Shown: positions 1-7,722 of the stretch, in pieces
Layout of the letters: each line of letters begins with the position of its first letter
Position numbering within the stretch: position 1 is the stretch's first letter
Source of the DNA: Elusimicrobiales bacterium
GTDB taxonomy: Bacteria; Elusimicrobiota; Elusimicrobia; Elusimicrobiales; UBA9959
Direction: 5' to 3'
Length of the DNA stretch: 64,000 bases
Assembly: GCA_028713125.1 (NCBI GenBank)
Contig: JAQTOU010000002.1
Coordinates: 142,583-206,582 of the forward strand
The notes under the pieces: generated by a model
What the model was told of the DNA's origin: nothing
What the model saw: only the letters and a program-made list of their open reading frames with translations
Databases searched by the model: none
Made by a program: the position numbers and the translations under genes

Positions 1-2
1 TC

Positions 3-1205
3 TGGGCTAAAGCTACTTCTTCTATAGCGCTCATTGCCGGGGTAATTGTTTATCTGTTCGTATTTCGCGGGCGGATGGAAAAAAAATTTCGCTCGCTGCT
101 GACCTCCGGGATTTCCTGGGGGGTGCTCTTTTTTATTTTTACGTGGAGCGCGGCCTGCTTTTTATTGGGGGACAGGGAATCCTGGGCGCTGGTTCTCGAA
201 ATCCCGTTCATATATTTTTCCCAGTCACGGACGTCTTTCAACGGTGCCGGGATCTTTAAATGGGCGTTGGACCTTATCAGGATAATATTCTGGTTTTCTC
301 CGTTCCTGCTTTATCTCGCCTACTCAGGGATAAAGAAAGTTTTTATGAGGGAAGTTTCCCAGCCGGCCGCTCATCTTATGGCATTTTTGTGCGTCTTCTA
401 TTTTGCGGGCTATTTGTTCATAGGCGGCTCGAACTACGGATTCCCCAGGTATCATGCCGCTATTTCACCGCTGCTGCATGTTTTCGCCGGTATCGCATTA
501 GTTCAGATAGCCGGCGGATTTAGCGCCGCCCCGCTAGTTTATCTGATTGTGCCGGCCGCCCTTTGCTCCGCGCTGACCGTAATTTATGTGGACCCGGAAT
601 TGCTTATAAATCTTATACTTAAACAACTCCTCTTTTACGGGAATTACCTCGCTATAGTTAACAAGGTCTTATTGCCTCTTTTTTGTTATACAGCGCTTCC
701 GCTCGCAGTCGCTCTGCTCCTGAATAAGTGGCGCGGTTCAAAGGTTTCAAAAGCAACGTTCGCAGCTGCCGCCTCAGCGGCATTGCTCGGAACATGCGCG
801 GGTTTATATGTAAGGCAGATTTCGGCCGGCTATTCTACCTCATACCAGTACGGAGCGTTTGGAAGAACTGAGGTATTAAAGGAGGTTTCTGCTAAACTCT
901 CCGGAGGAGAAACCATTATGGCAACTCCGGAATTTATATGTGATTTTGTCGCCCGGAACGTTGCCGGGTCCGGGTGGCGCGTATGGCAGTCGGAAAAAGA
1001 GATGTATAATTTTATTTCGCAGCGAAAACCGGCCTTTATCATTGCAGGTTGGACCACACATACCCAGGCGCAGCTGAAATGGCTTTTGAAAGACAGGGAA
1101 ATCCGGGGCATATTAGAGAAATGTTATGTGCTGTCTGAAATCGGAACATATTTTGTATGGGAAAGCCGGAGCGGCAGAAAGGCCCTGGACTCGGCCGGGA
1201 ATTAA
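3..1205 (+). CDS. Polytopic membrane protein, 5'-partial (gene starts upstream of window); possibly the tail of a GT-C/GT39-type glycosyltransferase
   Basis: The frame of the 75..1205 ORF stays open back to nt 3 (WAKATSSIALIAGVIVYLFVFRGR-MEKKF...). Several hydrophobic helices are followed by a ~130-aa soluble C-terminus. It heads a glycan-modification cluster. The family call is tentative. Confidence 0.6.
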   Translation, partial: WAKATSSIALIAGVIVYLFVFRGRMEKKFRSLLTSGISWGVLFFIFTWSAACFLLGDRESWALVLEIPFIYFSQSRTSFNGAGIFKWALDLIRIIFWFSPFLLYLAYSGIKKVFMREVSQPAAHLMAFLCVFYFAGYLFIGGSNYGFPRYHAAISPLLHVFAGIALVQIAGGFSAAPLVYLIVPAALCSALTVIYVDPELLINLILKQLLFYGNYLAIVNKVLLPLFCYTALPLAVALLLNKWRGSKVSKATFAAAASAALLGTCAGLYVRQISAGYSTSYQYGAFGRTEVLKEVSAKLSGGETIMATPEFICDFVARNVAGSGWRVWQSEKEMYNFISQRKPAFIIAGWTTHTQAQLKWLLKDREIRGILEKCYVLSEIGTYFVWESRSGRKALDSAGN

Positions 1206-1235
1206 TAAGCGCTAAAATTCGAAGAGGGGTTTAAT

Positions 1236-4200
1236 ATGTGCGGCATCTGCGGTTTCGCTAATTATAAGAACGAAGACCTGCTGAAGGGCATGGCCTCAAA
1301 ACTGGCGCACCGCGGGCCGGACGAGGACGGTTTTTTTACAGAGGGGGAAAAGGTCTCCCTCGGGATGCGGCGGCTCAAGATCATCGACCTGGCCACGGGA
1401 GGGCAGCCTATCTCGAACGAAGATGGCACGGTCACGGTCGTCTTCAACGGGGAAATTTACAATTTTAAAGAACTGCGCGCGGGGTTGGAAGCGAAGGGGC
1501 ACCGTTTCCGCACCAGGACCGACACGGAGGTCCTGGTCCATCTTTACGAGGAGCATGGCGCCGACCTCGCTCCGAAGCTGCGCGGGATGTTCGCTTTCGC
1601 CATCTGGGATTCTCGAAAAGCCGCCCTGCTGCTGGGCCGGGACCATTTCGGGATAAAGCCGCTTTTCTATTCCCTTGCCGGCAACAAGCTTTATTTCGCC
1701 TCGGAGATGAAAGCCCTCCTGCTCGCCGCGGATATAGGCGCGGGGTTGGATACGGAGGCCGTGGACGCCTATTTTACCAACCTGTACATCCCGGCGCCGC
1801 TTACCGTCTATAAAGCCATACGCAAACTGGAGCCGGCGCAGACTTTGTTGTTCAGGGGTGGGAAGGCGGAAATAAAGACTTACTGGAGGGTTCCGGAATT
1901 CGGAGCCTCTCCGGCTAAAACCTGGGGGGAATATCTGGAGGCGGCCGACGCGCTGCTTTCAGCCAGCGTCTCCGAGCAGCTGGTTTCCGACGTCCCGCTC
2001 GGACTGCTTCTTTCAGGCGGGGTAGATTCTTCATCCCTTCTTTATTACATGAACAGTCTTGGCGCCGCCCCCGTGAAAACTTTCACGGTCGGTTACGGCA
2101 GAAAGGATTCGAGCTTCAATGAGACCGCCCAGGCGCGGCTTATCTCGGGGCATTTCCGGTCCGACCATTCCGAGCACATCCTGGAGCCCGACCCGCGCAC
2201 GATAATAGAGAAACTGGCCGCCACTTTCGACGAGCCTTTCGCCGACGCTTCCGCCATCCCTAACTTCCTGGTGACAGGGGAGGCCCGCAAAAAAGTCACG
2301 GTGGCCCTGACGGGCGTAGGCGGCGACGAGTTCTTCGGCGGCTATCCCAGGCACCTCGGCGCCAGGCTGATGCCGGTTTACCTGAAACTGCCGCGGGCGC
2401 TCCGCGAAGGCTTCTGGTCGGCGGCCAGGCTGCTCCCGGAATCCCGCTCGGCGAAAAATATTCCCGGGCGGATGAAAAGGTTCTTCGGAGGAGGCCGCGG
2501 CGATTTCCGCGACGCCTACGATTCCTGGATCTCATATTTCGGCAGGGAGGAGCGCGCCCGGCTTTACTCCCCCGCCCATTCCGGCGCCGCCGGCTCGGCC
2601 CCGAAGCTGCCCGGCCGGCTTGGCTCTCCCGACGATATTTTCGCCTATGAGCTAAGGAACTACCTTTCCGACGACCTGCTCTGCCTGGCGGACAGGGTTT
2701 CTATGTCCAATTCCCTGGAGCTGAGGGTTCCCTTCCTCGACGTCAGGCTGGCGGAGCTGATGGCTTCCGCCCCGCTTGCGCTGAAAACGCGCGGTTTCAC
2801 CCTCAAGGCCATGCTCAAAAAGATCATGGCCGGGCGTCTGCCGCCGGAGATCCTAAGCGGCCCGAAGCGCGGTTTCCAGGTTCCGCTGGCCAGGTGGTAC
2901 GGGGAAGAACTGAAAGGCTTCGCGCGCGAGGTGCTTAAAAGCAGTTCTCTTGAAAAGAACGGCTGGCTTTCTCCCGGCTATATAGCCGGCATGCTTAAAG
3001 AGCATGAAAGCGGACGCAGGAACCTGAGCGATCAGATACACTCCGTTATTATTTTCGAACTCTGGCTGGCCAGGAACCGGAAAATGGCGGCGGGGGGCGT
3101 CAGTTTCGGCCTCAGGCCCGCAGCTGGGCCGCTGAACGTCCTGGTATGCACGGATATAATACAGGAGGACGACGCGGGCGGCTCGGGCCGCGTCGCATGG
3201 GAAACCGCGAAGCGTCTGGCGGCCATGGGGCACCGGCCGGTAGTGCTCACTAAAGGCGCGCACGGTAAAAAAGATTTTGAAATTTCCGAGGGGATAGAGG
3301 TTTACCGTTATCGCGGCAGTCCCCTTAAGCTGCGGTCCGCCGTGAAGGCTATACTAGTGAGACATGGCCGCATTGACGTGTTGGAGCTGCACCATCCTTA
3401 CACGGGACTCCTTGCAATAGCCATGCTCAATGGGGTGCCGGCGATCTATAATTTCCATTCGCCCTGGGCCGAGGAATATTCCATAAGGGCAGGCGACCTG
3501 GGGATCAATCCTCTTCGCCGGTTCTTATGTTCCGGCCTTCGCAACTTCGCCGAACGCAAAGTCCTTAGAGCGGCGAAGGTCATACTTAACGCCAGCCTTT
3601 TTATGGCTTCCAAGCTTAGATTCGCGCATGCCCTTGAGTCCAGGATACTTCCGCTGGGCGTAGACCTGGATAAATTCCGCCCTTCGGGCGACACTGTAGC
3701 GCTGCGTGAGCGGCTGGGACTTCCGCCCGCCGGCTTTATGATCTTTACAGTCCGAAACCTCGCCAGCCGCATGGGTCTCGAAAACCTTGTGGAGGCCGCC
3801 GCGGCCGTGGTTAAGGAAAGACCGGAAGCTTTTTTTGTTATCGGTGGGAGCGGCTACCTGCGCGGTAAACTGGAGAAGATGATAAAGGCTGGAGGGCTTT
3901 CCGGAAGAGTATTGCTGGCCGGGTATATCCCAGAGGAGGACCTCCAGGCTTATTACCAGTGCGCCGACCTCTTTATCCTGCCTACGAGATTGCTGGAGGG
4001 GTTCGGGCTGGTAACGCTGGAAGCCCTCGCCTGCGGAACGCCAGTGCTGGCTACCCCTGTGGCCGCTAACCCGGAGATAATCGGACGTCTTGATTCCAGG
4101 ATGCTGCTGGAGGATTGCTCTCCCGGGGGTATAGCTTCGGGGATACTCGGATTTATTCCGCGGTATATGGAAAACCGCGAGGCAATACGCGGCGTCTCAC

Positions 4201-4295
4201 GTAAATTTGTGGAAGAAAACTATTCCTGGGCTAAATACGCCGAGGGAGTCGAACAGGCGCTGTTCGAGGCTGTTTCCTCCGGGAGGCGGACATAA
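1236..4295 (+). CDS. Glutamine-hydrolysing asparagine synthase (AsnB family) fused to a GT4 (GT-B) glycosyltransferase, 1019 aa
   Basis: N-terminus MCGICGF (Cys2 Ntn nucleophile), HRGPDE, FNGEIYN, FASEMKAL and the PP-loop LLSGGVDSS. The C-terminal ~380 aa carry GT4 hallmarks (VLVCTD...GGSGRV; EGFGLVTLEALACGTPVLAT). RBS GAAGAGGGG lies upstream of the ATG. Confidence 0.85.
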   Translation: MCGICGFANYKNEDLLKGMASKLAHRGPDEDGFFTEGEKVSLGMRRLKIIDLATGGQPISNEDGTVTVVFNGEIYNFKELRAGLEAKGHRFRTRTDTEVLVHLYEEHGADLAPKLRGMFAFAIWDSRKAALLLGRDHFGIKPLFYSLAGNKLYFASEMKALLLAADIGAGLDTEAVDAYFTNLYIPAPLTVYKAIRKLEPAQTLLFRGGKAEIKTYWRVPEFGASPAKTWGEYLEAADALLSASVSEQLVSDVPLGLLLSGGVDSSSLLYYMNSLGAAPVKTFTVGYGRKDSSFNETAQARLISGHFRSDHSEHILEPDPRTIIEKLAATFDEPFADASAIPNFLVTGEARKKVTVALTGVGGDEFFGGYPRHLGARLMPVYLKLPRALREGFWSAARLLPESRSAKNIPGRMKRFFGGGRGDFRDAYDSWISYFGREERARLYSPAHSGAAGSAPKLPGRLGSPDDIFAYELRNYLSDDLLCLADRVSMSNSLELRVPFLDVRLAELMASAPLALKTRGFTLKAMLKKIMAGRLPPEILSGPKRGFQVPLARWYGEELKGFAREVLKSSSLEKNGWLSPGYIAGMLKEHESGRRNLSDQIHSVIIFELWLARNRKMAAGGVSFGLRPAAGPLNVLVCTDIIQEDDAGGSGRVAWETAKRLAAMGHRPVVLTKGAHGKKDFEISEGIEVYRYRGSPLKLRSAVKAILVRHGRIDVLELHHPYTGLLAIAMLNGVPAIYNFHSPWAEEYSIRAGDLGINPLRRFLCSGLRNFAERKVLRAAKVILNASLFMASKLRFAHALESRILPLGVDLDKFRPSGDTVALRERLGLPPAGFMIFTVRNLASRMGLENLVEAAAAVVKERPEAFFVIGGSGYLRGKLEKMIKAGGLSGRVLLAGYIPEEDLQAYYQCADLFILPTRLLEGFGLVTLEALACGTPVLATPVAANPEIIGRLDSRMLLEDCSPGGIASGILGFIPRYMENREAIRGVSRKFVEENYSWAKYAEGVEQALFEAVSSGRRT

Positions 4296-4312
4296 AAAGC
4301 GAAGCCTGCGTC

Positions 4313-5119
4313 GTGTGCGGGGGCGCCGCCGCCCCATTGGTAGAAGGGCTGTACGAGTGCGGCGAGTGCCGCCTTGTGTTCAGGGCAGAAAAATATTTCG
4401 GCGCGCCGGCCTATAAGCCAGGTTTGGAAGAAGGCATTTATGGCGGCGCGAAGGCGGTCTTGTTCCGGGAAACCCTGGATTTTCTCGACCGCGCTTTCCC
4501 TGCAAGGGGGCGGCTCCTGGATATCGGCTGCGCCGGAGGGGAATTGCTCGCGGCCGCGGCCGCGCGCGGCTGGCGGGCCGAAGGCGTGGAACTTGACCGG
4601 ACGCTGGCGGTAAAAGCGCTGGCCCGGGGCTTTAAAACACATCTGAACCCAGTAGAGGATGACGGGCTCGAGGGCGGCGCCTACGACGCTGTCACGGTTT
4701 TCGATGTCTTTTCGCAGATGAAGGACCCGGCCGCCGCCGCCAAGGAACTTTCGAGGCTGCTTAAACCGGGCGGCATAATTTATATAAGGGAATTCAACGC
4801 CGCTTTCCACCTTCCGCTTTACAGGCTCGAAAAAGCGGGCTTTTTTAAGCCTTTCGGGGCCAGCCCTTCTATAATCCATAATTTCAATTTCAGGGCCGAA
4901 ACTCTTCGCGCGATGCTCATGCGCTCCGGCTTCAGGGAGATAAGGATACGCAACTCCAGGCCCACTTCCGGAGACCCTTACCGTACCGGGGGACGCCTGG
5001 GGGGATTTCTTACCGGCGCCCTTAAAGTTCTATACTATTGGCTGGCGCAGGCCGTATGGTTCCTGACTTTCGGCAGGGTTTACGCCGGCTCCTCGCTTAT
5101 AGTGACCGCTAGAAAATGA
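4313..5119 (+). CDS. Class I SAM-dependent methyltransferase with N-terminal Cys-rich (zinc-ribbon-like) segment
   Basis: Motif I LLDIGCAGGELL, plus DAVTVFDVFSQM and LLKPGGIIYI. The GTG start at 4313 is the first canonical start in the frame. The start is uncertain because an in-frame Cys sits just upstream (ACV-V-C). Confidence 0.75.
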   Translation: MCGGAAAPLVEGLYECGECRLVFRAEKYFGAPAYKPGLEEGIYGGAKAVLFRETLDFLDRAFPARGRLLDIGCAGGELLAAAAARGWRAEGVELDRTLAVKALARGFKTHLNPVEDDGLEGGAYDAVTVFDVFSQMKDPAAAAKELSRLLKPGGIIYIREFNAAFHLPLYRLEKAGFFKPFGASPSIIHNFNFRAETLRAMLMRSGFREIRIRNSRPTSGDPYRTGGRLGGFLTGALKVLYYWLAQAVWFLTFGRVYAGSSLIVTARK

Positions 5120-5790
5120 AAGCAGCTATACACCAACTCCAGTACTGGCCCGGCCTGCGCTTCTTCGCGAAGATGCGCGCCGCGGAGCTGTTTATCTACC
5201 TCGACGACGTGCAGTTCGAGAAACGGGAGTTCCAGAACCGGAACCGCATCCGCACCGCGCGCGGCTGGCAGTATCTGACGGCGCCGGTTATCTCCAAAGG
5301 CAGGTTTTCTCAGAAGATAAACGAAGTGGAGATGGATAATACGGCCGCGTGGAGCGAAGAGCATCTGCGGGCCATAAAGACGAATTACGCGCGCGCGCCG
5401 TTCTTTAAGGAATACCTTCCCCGGCTGGAGGAGCTTTATTCCCGGGATTACCGCCTGCTCGCGGACCTGGCTATAGCTACCATGGATTTTCTGAAAGACG
5501 CTTTCGCGATCGGGACCCCGGTGAAATTTTCCTCGGAGTTCAATATAGCGGAAACTTCAAGCGCGCGCCTGGCCCGCCTTTGCGCCGCCGCCGGCGCGGA
5601 CGAGTATCTCTCCGGCGCCGGAGCCAGGGCCTACCTGGACCCGGGCGTTTTCAGCTTCGCGGGCGTAAAGCTTTCCTGGCAGGACTTCAAGCCGCGCGAG
5701 TATAAACAGGCTTTCCCCGGCTTCGAGCCGGATATGTCGGCGCTGGACCTGCTCCTGAACTGCGGCCCGGCCTCACTGGACTACTTATGA
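5116..5790 (+). CDS. WbqC-like family protein
   Basis: N-terminus HQLQYWPGLRFFAKM...FIYLDDVQFEKREFQNRNRI is typical of the WbqC-like family found in O-antigen/glycan loci. ATGA start/stop overlap with the upstream gene. Confidence 0.75.
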   Translation: MKAAIHQLQYWPGLRFFAKMRAAELFIYLDDVQFEKREFQNRNRIRTARGWQYLTAPVISKGRFSQKINEVEMDNTAAWSEEHLRAIKTNYARAPFFKEYLPRLEELYSRDYRLLADLAIATMDFLKDAFAIGTPVKFSSEFNIAETSSARLARLCAAAGADEYLSGAGARAYLDPGVFSFAGVKLSWQDFKPREYKQAFPGFEPDMSALDLLLNCGPASLDYL

Positions 5791-6533
5791 ACCCTTATAT
5801 AGCTGAAGCCATCGCCGCGATGGACAAGGTCCCGCTCTCGAGGTACGAGCATCCCGGCTCCTGGGCCATGGACCCAGCTTCCTGCCGCTTTCTCGCCGGT
5901 TTCGTGCGCGCGCTAGGGGCAAAAAAAATAATAGAGTTCGGCTCCGGTTTCTCCACGCTGATGATGGCGAGGGAGATAGCCCCTGTCGAAGGTAATTACC
6001 TGCTTTCCATCGACTCTTCCCGGCAATATTCCGAGATGGCCAAAGAGGCTTATGAGACCTCCGGCTGCCAGGCCAAAGTCGACTTCCGCGTCGCCCCGCT
6101 GCGCCCCAGGCTCTACGGCACGCGCCTGCTGCTTTCATACAGCCTGCCGAAGGGCCTGCTTGAGGCTCTCGGCCCTTTCGACCTGGCGCTCATAGACGCG
6201 CCGCACGACGATTATGGCCGCGAGGCCGTGCTTTACGATGTTTTCAACGCTTTAGCCCCCGGCGGTTATATAATACTGGACGACGCCAACCGCGAGCACA
6301 TGGAGCGGGAATATGTCCGTTCCTGGCAGTCCGCTTACGAGGGTTCCATCGACCCGATACTGCTTGAGGGCATTGGCAACGGCATAGGCGTCATTGAAAA
6401 GATAGACGATGATACTCCTTTATATCCGAGGGCCGGCTCCCTGTCGTCCTCGGTCAAGACCCTGCGCAATTACGGCCGCCTGCTTTTCAGTTCGGAGAAG
6501 AAGGCGTCCGGCGGCAATGAGGACGATCTCTAA
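5787..6533 (+). CDS. Class I SAM-dependent methyltransferase (O-methyltransferase-like)
   Basis: IIEFGSGFSTLMMA (motif I), LALIDAPHDDYG, LAPGGYIILDDA. ATGA overlap with the WbqC-like gene. Confidence 0.7.
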   Translation: MNPYIAEAIAAMDKVPLSRYEHPGSWAMDPASCRFLAGFVRALGAKKIIEFGSGFSTLMMAREIAPVEGNYLLSIDSSRQYSEMAKEAYETSGCQAKVDFRVAPLRPRLYGTRLLLSYSLPKGLLEALGPFDLALIDAPHDDYGREAVLYDVFNALAPGGYIILDDANREHMEREYVRSWQSAYEGSIDPILLEGIGNGIGVIEKIDDDTPLYPRAGSLSSSVKTLRNYGRLLFSSEKKASGGNEDDL

Positions 6534-6690
6534 CTATTTCCTGTTCGCTCCCTGGCTTCCATTCTTTCCTGCGTAGGCCCTTTGTCCTCACGGGTGGGTC
6601 TTTTTATTTTATTTACAGGTCCTTATGGCCCTATTGCGCGGCCGAATTTAAGGCTAAACTATAAGTACAAGACAGCCTAAAGGAAAATTT

Positions 6691-6804
6691 ATGCTACAGA
6701 GAACCTACACCTACGAACTAAAAATTTTTAATGCCATCTTCTTCTCCTGTTTCGCCATGTTCCTGGTCTGCTTCACCGACCTGACCTACGGCTGGCTGAA
6801 ATAA
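6691..6804 (+). CDS. Small hydrophobic protein, 37 aa (MLQRTYTYELKIFNAIFFSCFAMFLVCFTDLTYGWLK); not in the supplied ORF track (<60 aa)
   Basis: ATG is preceded by AAAGGAAAA. One predicted TM helix. It is followed 16 nt later by a perfect 17-bp terminator hairpin, so it looks like a stand-alone transcription unit. Confidence 0.5.
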   Translation: MLQRTYTYELKIFNAIFFSCFAMFLVCFTDLTYGWLK

Positions 6805-6820
6805 TAAAGGAAAAAGAAAA

Positions 6821-6866
6821 AGGGACAGGCTGCTTTTCCAGGTAAAAGCAGCCTGTCCCTTTTTTA
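6821..6866 (+). terminator. Rho-independent terminator
   Basis: AGGGACAGGCTGCTTTT (6821-6837) / AAAAGCAGCCTGTCCCT (6844-6860) form a perfect 17-bp stem with a 6-nt loop, followed by TTTTT. Confidence 0.85.
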
Positions 6867-6965
6867 ATTCAAGCCATCCGCCGGGCTGGACTTTTTGGTA
6901 AAATATACTTTCGGGCAGGGATAATTTAAGACAGGGAAGTGAAATCTACGGAGGCAATAAATAGA

Positions 6966-7655
6966 ATGAACAGGAAACTTATATTAGCGTTAGTCTGCTT
7001 CGGCTTCGTGGCCGGGGCCAATGCCGCGGTCAATTTCGACCAGGGCGTGGATATTAAGAGCGCCGTTAAAGAAGCGGTCTCTTCAGATGTTAAGCTCCCC
7101 GAAGCTAAATTCGGCCAGCTTATCGACCTTACCCGCGACTGCAAGAAGATCACCTTCGGCGCCGCCGACCCTCTCACCTCCCCCGAGGTAAAGCTGACCA
7201 GCAGGGAAACCACCCAGGACTGCCAGAACATGGGCTACCCGGTAGGCCAGATCTGCTTCCCCAGCACCCGCTATTACAATGAGAACGTTAAGGTCGTCAT
7301 CACGGCGCCCCGCGAACTCAAGCCGGAGCAGAAAGAAGTTTTCGAAGTCTGCCTTTGGGGTTCTTTCCTCAGCCTTAAGCAGGTTTCCCCGGCCTATAAA
7401 TACTCGGTCCGCCAGGTCCTCGGTAATTTCGAACTGACGCCTCCCGCGGCCGTGAAGAGCGCCGCCCCGGCGGATGTCTGCAATCTGGTGATGGACGGGA
7501 ATACCTGCGTTTATAAGTGCAAGGACGGCAGCTATGTTTCCAGGCCGAATCCTTTCCCGTACATCCCGGCTCCCAACCCCTGGGTCGGCCCCATCTCGAC
7601 TCCCTGCGCTTTCTCCATCCCCAACCCGGGCCCGCTTATAACGATACTTAAGTAA
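6966..7655 (+). CDS. Secreted Cys-rich hypothetical protein
   Basis: ATG at 6966 with GGAGG 10 nt upstream (the ORF-track GTG at 6939 is less likely). Signal peptide MNRKLILALVCFGFVAGANA. Ten Cys in the mature part. No family recognised. Confidence 0.7.
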   Translation: MNRKLILALVCFGFVAGANAAVNFDQGVDIKSAVKEAVSSDVKLPEAKFGQLIDLTRDCKKITFGAADPLTSPEVKLTSRETTQDCQNMGYPVGQICFPSTRYYNENVKVVITAPRELKPEQKEVFEVCLWGSFLSLKQVSPAYKYSVRQVLGNFELTPPAAVKSAAPADVCNLVMDGNTCVYKCKDGSYVSRPNPFPYIPAPNPWVGPISTPCAFSIPNPGPLITILK

Positions 7656-7671
7656 AGCGCTTAGTTAAAAT

Positions 7672-7707
7672 AAAACAGCCGGCTATAAAAAGCCGGCTGT
7701 TTTTTTA
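7672..7707. terminator. Bidirectional Rho-independent terminator between convergent genes
   Basis: ACAGCCGGCT (7675-7684) / AGCCGGCTGT (7691-7700) form a 10-bp stem with a 6-nt loop. An A-run precedes it and TTTTTTT follows. Confidence 0.85.
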
Positions 7708-7722
7708 TTGTAGGAATTAAGT

